Shown here piece by piece: positions 20,775 to 29,329 of a DNA stretch of 64,000 nt. Both the position numbers and the translations under genes were made by a program. Source of the DNA: Escherichia phage vB_Eco_QOTSP. The notes under the pieces are model-generated. The model saw only the letters and a program-made list of their open reading frames with translations. It was not told where the DNA came from and did not search any database. How positions within the stretch are numbered: position 1 is the first letter of the stretch; each line of letters starts with the position of its first letter. Location: the sequence record OY720014; one strand, 5' to 3'.

Positions 20775-21052
20775 TGGCTCAATTAAGTGCAGGGTTTGGT
20801 TATGAGTATTATACTGCACCTCGTCGTGTATCTGCCGCTCCTAAGAAAATTCAAAGTCTTGATGACTTCCAGGAAGTAGTCCGTAAAGCTTTCCAGGACT
20901 ATGCACGTTATCTTAAAGAAGATTCACAGGACTGTCTCGAAGAAGATGAAATTGCTTACTATGAGCAGCGTCTTGAACAGCTTAAAAACTTACATGAGGT
21001 TCGTGCAGAAGTTTCAAAGTCTATGAATAAATTGATTAGATTTAAAGAATAA
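20774..21052 (+). CDS. hypothetical small helical protein (92 aa)
   Basis: ATG after GAGGAAAAATACTA; lies in the vs/regB neighbourhood. Confidence 0.45.
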   Translation: MAQLSAGFGYEYYTAPRRVSAAPKKIQSLDDFQEVVRKAFQDYARYLKEDSQDCLEEDEIAYYEQRLEQLKNLHEVRAEVSKSMNKLIRFKE

Positions 21053-21054
21053 CT

Positions 21055-21086
21055 GTTTACTTTTCCTCTTGACTGTGGTATAATTT
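21055..21086 (+). promoter_or_regulatory. early promoter (PeSL-type)
   Basis: GTTTAC -35, TATAAT -10 enclosed by inverted repeat CCTCTTGACTG...CAGTTAAGAGG. Confidence 0.6.
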
Positions 21087-21111
21087 TTCTATCAGTTAAG
21101 AGGAGAACAAC

Positions 21112-21573
21112 ATGACTATCAATACAGAAGTTTTTATCCGTCGAAATAAGCTTCGTCGTCACTTTGAGTCGGAGTTTCGTCAAATTAACAATGAGATTCG
21201 TGAGGCATCAAAAGCAGCAGGAGTCTCATCGTTTCATCTAAAATATTCTCAACATCTTCTTGATCGTGCAATTCAACGGGAGATTGATGAGACATATGTT
21301 TTTGAATTATTCCATAAAATAAAAGACCATGTTTTAGAAGTTAATGAATTCCTGAGTATGCCTCCGCGTCCTGACATTGATGAGGATTTTATTGATGGGG
21401 TTGAATATCGTCCTGGACGTTTAGAAATCACAGATGGAAATCTTTGGCTTGGATTTACAGTTTGTAAGCCTAATGAGAAGTTCAAAAACCCGTCACTTCA
21501 ATGCAGGATGGCAATTATCAACAGTCGTCGTTTACCAGGAAAGGCTTCTAAAGCAGTAATTAAAACTCAATGA
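21112..21573 (+). CDS. regB: RegB site-specific endoribonuclease (153 aa)
   Basis: MTINTEVFIRRNKLRRHFESEFRQ... essentially identical to T4 RegB. Confidence 0.92.
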   Translation: MTINTEVFIRRNKLRRHFESEFRQINNEIREASKAAGVSSFHLKYSQHLLDRAIQREIDETYVFELFHKIKDHVLEVNEFLSMPPRPDIDEDFIDGVEYRPGRLEITDGNLWLGFTVCKPNEKFKNPSLQCRMAIINSRRLPGKASKAVIKTQ

Positions 21574-21580
21574 GGTAAGC

Positions 21581-22126
21581 ATGAGAAAAGCACTACTCGC
21601 TGGTCTATTGGCCATTTCAATGATGGCACATAGCTCCGAGCATACTTTCAGTAATGTCCAACTCGATAACATGCGTTACGCGTATCAATTCGGGGAACAA
21701 TTTTCTAAGGATGGAAAATATAAAACACACAAAAATATCCACAAGAGCGGATTAGGTCATATAATGGCTGCTATTTTATGGCAAGAAAGCTCTGGCGGAG
21801 TTAATTTAAAATCTAAACCAAAGCATCACGCCTACGGAATGTTCCAAAATTATTTGCCTACTATGCGAGCAAGAGTTAAGGAACTTGGTTATAATATGAC
21901 CGATGCTGAAATAAAAAGAATGTTGAATAAACGGTCCAATTCAGCTTCCTGGGCGTACATTGAACTTTCTTATTGGTTAAATATACATAAGGGCGATATA
22001 AGAAAAGCAATATCCTCTTATAATTCGGGATGGAATGTTAAAGCAGGTTCTAAATATGCTTCTGAAGTCCTAGAAAAGGCTAATTACCTTAAAAATAATA
22101 AACTTTTGGAAATAGTAAATGACTAA
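21581..22126 (+). CDS. secreted protein with lytic-transglycosylase-like core (181 aa)
   Basis: N-terminal signal peptide MRKALLAGLLAISMMAHS; ES...GMFQ segment resembling SLT-domain catalytic region. Confidence 0.5.
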   Translation: MRKALLAGLLAISMMAHSSEHTFSNVQLDNMRYAYQFGEQFSKDGKYKTHKNIHKSGLGHIMAAILWQESSGGVNLKSKPKHHAYGMFQNYLPTMRARVKELGYNMTDAEIKRMLNKRSNSASWAYIELSYWLNIHKGDIRKAISSYNSGWNVKAGSKYASEVLEKANYLKNNKLLEIVND

Positions 22127-22460
22127 AATTTTGGTTTTATGTATAGGATTAATTTCATTTTCTGCGTTAGCAGATACATCATATACTGAAATTAGAGAGT
22201 ATGTAAACCGTACTGCAGCGGATTATTGCGGGAAAAATAAAGCATGCCAAGCTGAATTTGCGCAGAAATTAATATATGCATATAAAGACGGAGAAAGAGA
22301 TAAATCAAGCAGATACAAAAATGATACATTGTTAAAACGATATGCTAAAAAGTGGAATACCTTAGAATGTTCAGTTGCGGAGGAGAAAGATAAAGCCGCT
22401 TGTCATTCAATGGTTGACCGTTTGGTAGATTCTTATAATCGAGGATTGAGTACTAGATGA
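22119..22460 (+). CDS. secreted Cys-containing small protein (113 aa), possibly Vs
   Basis: Signal peptide MTKILVLCIGLISFSALA, four Cys; size and position fit T4 vs. Confidence 0.4.
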   Translation: MTKILVLCIGLISFSALADTSYTEIREYVNRTAADYCGKNKACQAEFAQKLIYAYKDGERDKSSRYKNDTLLKRYAKKWNTLECSVAEEKDKAACHSMVDRLVDSYNRGLSTR

Positions 22461-22936
22461 TTGTAAAATATATCAAGGGCGATATTGTCGCCCTATTTCT
22501 TCAAGGTAATATTATTGCGCACGGGTGCAATTGTTTTCATACTATGGGTTCAGGTGTAGCTGGTCAATTAGCAAGAGCCTATCCCAAAATTTTAGAAATA
22601 GATAAAACCACTACTGAGTACGGTTCTCGTGATAAATTAGGCGATATGTCTATTGTTTTTAAACATAAACCTAATGGTTTTGGTATATGCTATAACCTGT
22701 ATACGCAATACGAACCAGGTCCTAATCTTGATTATGGTGCTTTAGTAAACTGCATGATAGAATTAAATCTACAGGCAGAAACCCTTTTGTTTAAACCAGT
22801 AATTTACATTCCACGCATAGGTTGTGGTATTGCTGGCGGCGATTGGGATAAGGTTTCTAAATTAATCGACATGTTTACTCCTGATATTGATTTAATAGTG
22901 GTGGATTATGAAAGTACATTACCCACATCCGTTTGA
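22457..22936 (+). CDS. macro-domain (ADP-ribose binding/processing) protein (159 aa)
   Basis: Motifs resembling the macro-domain N-x(6)-G-x-G-V-A-G (AHGCNCFHTMGSGVAGQLA) and P-x-I-G-x-G-I-x-G (IPRIGCGIAGGDW). Confidence 0.6.
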   Translation: MIVKYIKGDIVALFLQGNIIAHGCNCFHTMGSGVAGQLARAYPKILEIDKTTTEYGSRDKLGDMSIVFKHKPNGFGICYNLYTQYEPGPNLDYGALVNCMIELNLQAETLLFKPVIYIPRIGCGIAGGDWDKVSKLIDMFTPDIDLIVVDYESTLPTSV

Positions 22937-23120
22937 TCCTAAAAACAAAGTGGAAATTATTCGTCAATGGGAACGCATTTGCCGTACTAAATGTCCAATT
23001 AATAGTCCACATGATGTAGATAAAGACTACATTGGAACATTCGTTGAATATACCTTTATTGATAAGAAAGGTCGTAAACAACATGTAGAAGAATATTGCT
23101 TAAAGGTTACATGGTTATGA
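22908..23120 (+). CDS. hypothetical protein (70 aa)
   Basis: ORF overlapping the macro-domain gene end. Confidence 0.4.
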   Translation: MKVHYPHPFDPKNKVEIIRQWERICRTKCPINSPHDVDKDYIGTFVEYTFIDKKGRKQHVEEYCLKVTWL

Positions 23121-23323
23121 GCCAAACTAGTATTCTTAAAAATGCCCACTGTGAAAAGTGTAAGTGGCCGGTTGTTTTTGCTTTATGCAACGATGAAATG
23201 GCTTGTGATTTCGATTATTGGTGCTATTGTTCTAATAAAGGATGCATCAATCATAAAGGTGAAGGATTTTATTCAGGATTTTATCCTTATCCTGATTTCG
23301 TTAAAGAAGGTAAACCAAAATGA
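23117..23323 (+). CDS. Cys-rich small protein, putative metal-binding (68 aa)
   Basis: ATGA overlap with upstream stop; 9 Cys including CEKCK and CYCSNKGC. Confidence 0.45.
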   Translation: MSQTSILKNAHCEKCKWPVVFALCNDEMACDFDYWCYCSNKGCINHKGEGFYSGFYPYPDFVKEGKPK

Positions 23324-23489
23324 ATAGTTTTGAGTTACAATACGAAGTGTTACGTGAGCTTGATAATTTAATTGAACTCGCTGTTAATAAAGGTTTTGCC
23401 ATTGGAATCGGTCAAAAAGATACTGGTCATTTAACTATGGAAATATTTAAGCAAAAGCGAATTATTTTAAAACTCCTGGAAATTAATAT

Positions 23490-23675
23490 ATGAGTCTGAG
23501 TAAAGAACAAAAAGATAAATTGTTTGAGCTTATCCATGAACTTCTAGATGAGCATATAGAAGCAAACACCTTTTATGATGAATACGGCCCGCTATCTCCA
23601 GAACAGCAGGAAGAATTTGCTGATCGGTTTGATAAGAAAGAAAACGAATTAATAGCTTATGTGAATACGCTTTAA
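23490..23675 (+). CDS. small acidic protein (61 aa)
   Basis: ORF upstream of tk. Confidence 0.45.
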   Translation: MSLSKEQKDKLFELIHELLDEHIEANTFYDEYGPLSPEQQEEFADRFDKKENELIAYVNTL

Positions 23676-23684
23676 GAAGGTGAT

Positions 23685-24266
23685 ATGGCGAGTTTAATTT
23701 TTACTTATGCAGCAATGAATGCTGGAAAATCTGCTTCTCTTTTGACTGCTGCGCATAATTATAAAGAACGTGGAATGAGTGTATTAGTTCTTAAGCCTGC
23801 TATTGATACTCGCGACTCTGTCTGTGAAGTCGTTTCTCGCATTGGAATTAAACAGGAAGCGAATATTATCACAGATGATATGGATATTTTCGAGTTCTAT
23901 AAATGGGCTGAAGCACAAAAAGATATTCATTGCGTATTTGTAGATGAAGCCCAATTTTTAAAAACTGAACAGGTGCATCAATTAAGTCGAATTGTTGATA
24001 CATATAATGTTCCTGTTATGGCTTATGGATTAAGGACTGATTTCGCTGGAAAATTATTTGAAGGTTCTAAAGAACTTTTGGCGATTGCAGATAAACTTAT
24101 TGAACTAAAAGCAGTTTGTCACTGTGGTAAAAAAGCGATTATGACAGCTCGATTAATGGAAGATGGAACACCAGTTAAAGAAGGTAATCAAATCTGTATT
24201 GGTGATGAAATTTATGTTTCTTTGTGTAGAAAACATTGGAATGAATTAACTAAAAAGCTCGGTTAG
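23685..24266 (+). CDS. tk: thymidine kinase (193 aa)
   Basis: P-loop NAGKSAS near N-terminus, C-terminal zinc-ribbon Cys; 193 aa as T4 Tk. Confidence 0.92.
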   Translation: MASLIFTYAAMNAGKSASLLTAAHNYKERGMSVLVLKPAIDTRDSVCEVVSRIGIKQEANIITDDMDIFEFYKWAEAQKDIHCVFVDEAQFLKTEQVHQLSRIVDTYNVPVMAYGLRTDFAGKLFEGSKELLAIADKLIELKAVCHCGKKAIMTARLMEDGTPVKEGNQICIGDEIYVSLCRKHWNELTKKLG

Positions 24267-24308
24267 TGCAAAAGTTATAAATAGGTTTATCTAACTAAAG
24301 GGGTATAT

Positions 24309-24521
24309 ATGCTACAATTAACTGAAAAGCAACTTCGCAATCTTACTGTGCTTCAATTAGATGAAATTCGTAGGGAAGTTGGAAATATCATTTCAGCTTT
24401 GCGTCGAGAAGTATCACTCAACCAATCTCCGGCAGACTATACTAGATTGCGAAATTTTGAAAAATACCTTGATAAAGTTAAGGCCGTGCATCGGCATAAA
24501 GTAAATACAGGACAAAAATGA
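24309..24521 (+). CDS. rI.-1-like small protein (70 aa)
   Basis: Position between tk and rI. Confidence 0.5.
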
Positions 24522-24533
24522 TAGGAGGCCTTT

Positions 24534-24827
24534 ATGGCCTTAAAAGCAACGGCACTATTTGCCATGCTAGGATTGTCATTTGTTTTATCTCCATCGATTG
24601 AAGCGAATGTCGATCCTCATTTTGATAAATTTATGGAATCTGGTATTAGGCACGTTTATATGCTTTTTGAAAATAAAAGCGTAGAATCGTCTGAACAATT
24701 CTATAGTTTTATGAGAACGACCTATAAAAATGACCCGTGCTCTTCTGATTTTGAATGTATAGAACGAGGCGCGGAGATGGCACAATCATACGCTAGAATT
24801 ATGAACATTAAATTGGAGACTGAATGA
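24534..24827 (+). CDS. rI: RI lysis-inhibition regulator / antiholin (97 aa)
   Basis: 97 aa with N-terminal signal-anchor MALKATALFAMLGLSFVLSPSIEA; position after tk. Confidence 0.8.
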   Translation: MALKATALFAMLGLSFVLSPSIEANVDPHFDKFMESGIRHVYMLFENKSVESSEQFYSFMRTTYKNDPCSSDFECIERGAEMAQSYARIMNIKLETE

Positions 24828-25210
24828 AATTCAGCGACTTTTCACAAAGTGGAAAACCTTCAAAGGCAGATGAATACTTAGGTTTATTAATGGCTGCACA
24901 AGCTTATTTTCATTCTGCACATTTTGAAACTAAAAGTTATGCTAGACACAAAGCATACGATTTTATTTTCTCCGAGTTGCCAGATTTGATTGATAAATTT
25001 GGTGAGCAATATTTGGGGTATTCTGGTAGAAAATACACACCTTCAATTCCAGATGCCAGTAAACTTCCTACCGACACAATTAAAATGATTGATCGCATAC
25101 TAGACCAATCTAACAGCATTTATAAAGAAATGCCTCCAGCCATTCAAAGCACGATAGATGATATTACTGGAATGTTTTACCAGAGTAAGTATCTTCTTTC
25201 CCTCGAATAA
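24824..25210 (+). CDS. rI.1-like protein (128 aa)
   Basis: ORF overlapping the rI stop. Confidence 0.5.
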
Positions 25211-25214
25211 CATT

Positions 25215-25239
25215 AGTCTCCTTCGGGAGACTTTTTTCA
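25215..25239 (+). terminator. rho-independent terminator
   Basis: AGTCTCCTTCGGGAGACT hairpin plus TTTTTT. Confidence 0.7.
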
Positions 25240-25247
25240 TTTTACCG

Positions 25248-25280
25248 GTTTACTTTCCGTTTGAGTTGTGGTACTATACA
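25248..25280 (+). promoter_or_regulatory. early promoter
   Basis: GTTTAC...GTGGTACTATACAACTATCA; same core as promoters at 13755, 30705 and 56458. Confidence 0.6.
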
Positions 25281-25305
25281 ACTATCAGATAAAGAGGAGA
25301 ACATC

Positions 25306-25494
25306 ATGAAAATTGAAGCACTCAATCAAGAAGGAAATATCTACGTCATCATTAATGGTGATTTTTTCGTCGACATGGATGAAGTTACTAGTGAAGAACT
25401 TGTAGAACTTCTTAAGAAACGTTATAATATGTGTGATGAAGTTGCAACTCACATGGCGTGTGCAATATTCTCTCTTTCATATGTGGTAGAATAA
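25306..25494 (+). CDS. hypothetical small protein (62 aa)
   Basis: ATG after GAGGAGAACATC. Confidence 0.45.
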
Positions 25495-25697
25495 TGATTA
25501 GTATCGAACAAGCGGATAAAATTAAGGAATTGGTAGCTTTAATTCGTAAAGCAGATGAGGAACTTAGTGACTTTGCTTGGTTTTCGTCAGGCATTGCAAA
25601 TAAAAGTATTGAAGAACTTGAAGATAAAGTTAATAATGCTGTAGAAGCGTTAGATATGTTTCTTGATGAAATTATCGATCATAATACGAGAGTTTAA
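25494..25697 (+). CDS. hypothetical small protein (67 aa)
   Basis: TAATGA overlap start. Confidence 0.45.
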   Translation: MISIEQADKIKELVALIRKADEELSDFAWFSSGIANKSIEELEDKVNNAVEALDMFLDEIIDHNTRV

Positions 25698-25699
25698 GT

Positions 25700-25894
25700 A
25701 TGCTAACACGCGAACAGTTTGAAAAAATCATTAAATTAGCACGTGATATTGAAATAGATTCATATCAATTGGCAGTTGAGCATTGTGAAGGATATTCATA
25801 CGACGGTATAGAAGCAGCTAAAAAGGATTTGGATAAATCCAAAGCTAAGTTAGTTCAATATCTTGAAATGATTAGGTGGAATAATGAAAACTGA
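25700..25894 (+). CDS. hypothetical small protein (64 aa)
   Basis: ORF 2 nt after previous stop. Confidence 0.45.
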   Translation: MLTREQFEKIIKLARDIEIDSYQLAVEHCEGYSYDGIEAAKKDLDKSKAKLVQYLEMIRWNNEN

Positions 25895-26059
25895 AAAGCA
25901 GATGTTTTTAATGAAGCTAATTGAAGAATATGCTAATGCAGTTTCTGACTATGAGTGTTCTTCTCGGGAAAGAGGTACAGCTTTCGCCAAAGAAGAAATG
26001 AAAATCATGGTTGATGCTCATACAAAGCTTCAGAATTTTATCGAAAACGTCATTTAATG

Positions 26060-26090
26060 GTTTACAAGTTGGCAAGGTTATGGTATAGTA
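26060..26090 (+). promoter_or_regulatory. early promoter (PeSL-type)
   Basis: GTTTAC -35, TATAGT -10 within stem GTTGGCAAG...CTTGTCAAC. Confidence 0.55.
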
Positions 26091-26221
26091 ATCTTGTCAA
26101 CTGCCAAGGAGAAGAGAATGAAAGTTTTGTTTGTTGTGTATGTGATGATTCAATATAATTACCCAATGTTTACTTATAATTTGGTAAACAACATTATTGA
26201 TATGATTCAGAGGAGTATGTA

Positions 26222-26407
26222 ATGACAAGTGAGCAGGCTTTTAAATTAAGAGAATTAATTGAGACGTATAGTAAAGCTGTTCATACATCAACAATTATTG
26301 ATGAATCAGCTTTCTCCGGACATGCTAACAAGATTAAATACAAAACTCTTATGGAAGAAGCTAAAGTAAATCTTGATTCTTATATTGAAACTTTAACTGG
26401 TAAATAA
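26222..26407 (+). CDS. hypothetical small protein (61 aa)
   Basis: ORF after GAGGAGTATGTAATG. Confidence 0.45.
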   Translation: MTSEQAFKLRELIETYSKAVHTSTIIDESAFSGHANKIKYKTLMEEAKVNLDSYIETLTGK

Positions 26408-26408
26408 T

Positions 26409-26951
26409 ATGAAAGCTGTAATTGAAACAACTGATTTGTTCGGTGACCTGGTTATCGAAAAACGTGATAATGTATACGTTCTGACGCAGGAAGACGATAG
26501 TATTACTATTCTTCCTATGGAACTGGCTGCGATTTTATCTTATGCTCCCTCAGGAGTTACCGGTGTAACTAATATTACAGGCGACCTCCAAGTTCGTTTT
26601 TATCGTGGCCTTTACGGCGGTAATATTGAAACTGAATTTATGTGTCTTTCTATCAACAATTGGGCAACATTCGTTGCCAAGGTGAAAGAATTCTTGGAAT
26701 CTGAAACAGTCGAAACACCCGAAAAGGCTAAACTTCAATGGGCTAAAGATCGCGGTGCTAGCATTATTAATCCAGTAGCTGCAAATTATACTACGACTTT
26801 GGATGTCAAGACTTCTTATGAAGATGGCGATGTCGTACTTGTTCGCCAAATTGATGATTCTCGAGCACATATTGTCACATTTACCAAAGACGAAGCTATT
26901 GCACTAAAGACTTATCTTGATTCTGTTATTCCAACTATGATTTCAAAGTGA
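26409..26951 (+). CDS. hypothetical protein, paralog A (180 aa)
   Basis: C-terminus ...ALKTYLDSVIPTMISK resembles the next ORF. Confidence 0.5.
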   Translation: MKAVIETTDLFGDLVIEKRDNVYVLTQEDDSITILPMELAAILSYAPSGVTGVTNITGDLQVRFYRGLYGGNIETEFMCLSINNWATFVAKVKEFLESETVETPEKAKLQWAKDRGASIINPVAANYTTTLDVKTSYEDGDVVLVRQIDDSRAHIVTFTKDEAIALKTYLDSVIPTMISK

Positions 26952-26957
26952 GGAAAT

Positions 26958-27479
26958 ATGTTTATTTCAAGTGAAAGCGGTTTAATTCGTGTTGAATTTA
27001 AAAATGACATCTTCCTTAGTCAAGGAGATGATATTATTAAAATGAGTTATGACGAAATCAAGAAAATTTGTCATACTCTTGAAAGCCGTGGAAACGTAAA
27101 TGCTGTTATTGACATTGGTGATTTATGGGTAACGCTTTATGAAGTATCCGAAGGATTTAACATTGAAGATGAAAATAACATTTTAGCTATTGATAAAAGA
27201 ACTGATTTGCTTGATGTATTAAAAGCCTATGAGCAGTCAAATGGCGGAAGAAAAGCTGTATTGATTTATCAAAAACCACATTCATGTGGAACTGCTTCAA
27301 TCATTTCAAATATTGAAGGTGAAACTGATACTTATATGTGTGTTTTAAAAGCTGGTGGTGACCGTCATCCGGATTTTATTTCTATTCGTCAAAACAATGG
27401 AGAAATTTCATTATCAAAATCAGAAGCTGAAGCTATGATTAAGTATTTAACAACCGTTACGCCTTCAATGAAAGGATAA
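26958..27479 (+). CDS. hypothetical protein, paralog B (173 aa)
   Basis: C-terminus ...AMIKYLTTVTPSMKG similar to upstream ORF. Confidence 0.5.
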   Translation: MFISSESGLIRVEFKNDIFLSQGDDIIKMSYDEIKKICHTLESRGNVNAVIDIGDLWVTLYEVSEGFNIEDENNILAIDKRTDLLDVLKAYEQSNGGRKAVLIYQKPHSCGTASIISNIEGETDTYMCVLKAGGDRHPDFISIRQNNGEISLSKSEAEAMIKYLTTVTPSMKG

Positions 27480-27481
27480 TT

Positions 27482-27943
27482 ATGATTATTAATGAAAACT
27501 CTTGGCACTATAAATTATTCAAATTGTTTAACGATGAATGGCAACGACCTAAGACACTATGCGCATATTTTTGGTCTATTGCCATTCCTACATTTTTCGT
27601 TTCTATTTTTGGGTGTGCTATACTCGTAGGGCTAACAATTATTTGTGCAGAAAGCCTACAACGTTGGCTTATTTTCGGTAGTTTATGGACTCTTCTTCCA
27701 TCGGCATTTATACTTGCGCTTTTGGTTGTTTTACTTATTATCGGTTCATTTGTTATTCCTGCACATTTGCGTGAAAAATATAAAGATTATAAATGGAAAA
27801 AGGATTATGCTTTACACGTAGAAAATATTGATAGGGCGTATAAAGGTTTACCTCCTATTCAACCCAAGAAATCGATTATCGTTGAATTTTTAAAAGCTCG
27901 TAAAGCTAAAGTATGTCCTGTTATTGAATATAAGGCTGAATGA
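27482..27943 (+). CDS. integral membrane protein (153 aa)
   Basis: Two long hydrophobic segments. Confidence 0.5.
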   Translation: MIINENSWHYKLFKLFNDEWQRPKTLCAYFWSIAIPTFFVSIFGCAILVGLTIICAESLQRWLIFGSLWTLLPSAFILALLVVLLIIGSFVIPAHLREKYKDYKWKKDYALHVENIDRAYKGLPPIQPKKSIIVEFLKARKAKVCPVIEYKAE

Positions 27944-28953
27944 TGAAAACAGTAATGAAAAGCTATTTTGGTAGTCATCTTTATGGAACTTCTACCCCAG
28001 AATCTGATGTAGATTTTAAAGAAATCTTTGTTCCTCCTGCTCGCGATATTCTTATCGGAAATGTCAAAGAGCACATGAGTAAAAACACTAACAACACATC
28101 ATCTAAAAACACTAAAGATGATATTGACCATGAACTATACAGTCTTAAATATTTCTTTAAATTAGCGGCAGATGGTGAAACTGTAGCATTGGATATGCTT
28201 CACACTCCACCTGAACTAGTGGTTAAATCTGATTTGCCTGATGTGTGGAAGTTTATTCAAGACAACCGTTCTCGTTTTTATACGACTAACATGAAATCAT
28301 ATTTAGGATATGTCCGCAAGCAAGCTTCTAAATACGGTGTCAAGGGTTCTCGTTTGGCTGCATTACGTGATGTATTGAAAGTAGTTAATCAAATCCCTGA
28401 GCAATGGGTTGATTACCAAGAAGATGGTTCTATTAAGCAGCGTCGCACTAAAGTTGAAGATATTAAGCATCGTCTTCCAGAAAACGAATTCTGTGAATGG
28501 GTGTTTCATAATCATGAGAAAACAGGCCCACAGACGTTTTACACAGTGTTGGGTCGTAAATATCAGACAACGCTTTCTCTTATTGAGCTTAAGCAGTCAC
28601 TGAACAAATTAGATGCTGAATACGGTGAACGTGCTCGTAAGGCTGAAGCCAATGAAGGTATTGACTGGAAAGCTTTGAGTCATGCTTGTCGTGGTGGACT
28701 CCAACTATTGGAAATTTACAAAACTGGTGACTTAGTCTATCCACTTCAAGATGCTCCATTTATTCTCGACGTGAAGTTGGGTAAACATCCATTTAAAACA
28801 GTTCAAGAGTTTTTGGAAGATGTGGTCGATCAAGTAGAAGCAGCATCTACTGAAGCTTCTAAGAACGGTATGCCTAAAACAGTAGACATGAGTTTCTGGG
28901 ATGACTTCCTTGAGAAGGTCTATCTTGAAAACCACCGAAGTTATTATAAATGA
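27940..28953 (+). CDS. Pol-beta-superfamily nucleotidyltransferase with extra C-terminal domain (337 aa)
   Basis: Exact NTase signature G-S-x3-G-x5-S-D-V-D-F (GSHLYGTSTPESDVDF) at residues 11-26. Confidence 0.65.
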   Translation: MMKTVMKSYFGSHLYGTSTPESDVDFKEIFVPPARDILIGNVKEHMSKNTNNTSSKNTKDDIDHELYSLKYFFKLAADGETVALDMLHTPPELVVKSDLPDVWKFIQDNRSRFYTTNMKSYLGYVRKQASKYGVKGSRLAALRDVLKVVNQIPEQWVDYQEDGSIKQRRTKVEDIKHRLPENEFCEWVFHNHEKTGPQTFYTVLGRKYQTTLSLIELKQSLNKLDAEYGERARKAEANEGIDWKALSHACRGGLQLLEIYKTGDLVYPLQDAPFILDVKLGKHPFKTVQEFLEDVVDQVEAASTEASKNGMPKTVDMSFWDDFLEKVYLENHRSYYK

Positions 28954-28955
28954 TA

Positions 28956-28980
28956 GGGAGCCTTCGGGCTCCCTTTTTTA
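28956..28980 (+). terminator. rho-independent terminator
   Basis: GGGAGCCTTCGGGCTCCC hairpin plus TTTTT. Confidence 0.7.
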
Positions 28981-29003
28981 TTTCAAAAATTTTTCACAAA
29001 ACG

Positions 29004-29035
29004 GTTTACATGGTCTGTAGTTGTTGATACTATAG
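29004..29035 (+). promoter_or_regulatory. early promoter (PeSL-type) with UP-like element
   Basis: AAAAATTTTTCACAAAACGGTTTACA...GATACTAT within stem GGTCT...AGACC. Confidence 0.6.
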
Positions 29036-29071
29036 ACCTATCAAAACAAATGAGTAAATTGGAGATACAAA

Positions 29072-29272
29072 ATGACTACTTTGAATAAACGTTTCGGTAA
29101 AGCTAAATCTGGTTGTGCAGCTGAACGTCGTTATGTTTTCGCTCAATTAGAAGATGTAGAGTATCAGATTAATCAAGTTCACATTACTGGTATCGAGCCT
29201 ATGTGTGGCCTTGAAGCTCTTCGTGAAGTTCGTGACGGGTATCGTCGTGACATCGAAGAAATGTCAAAATAA
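29072..29272 (+). CDS. hypothetical small protein (66 aa)
   Basis: ORF after GGAGATACAAAATG. Confidence 0.45.
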   Translation: MTTLNKRFGKAKSGCAAERRYVFAQLEDVEYQINQVHITGIEPMCGLEALREVRDGYRRDIEEMSK

Positions 29273-29305
29273 GTATACAAACTGATAGGACTATGTTATA
29301 GTAGT
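29273..29305 (+). promoter_or_regulatory. probable early promoter (PeSL-type)
   Basis: GTATAC(-35-like)...TATAGT inside palindrome GATAGGACTA...TAGTCCTATC. Confidence 0.45.
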
Positions 29306-29329
29306 CCTATCAAATCAAAGGAGAATAAA

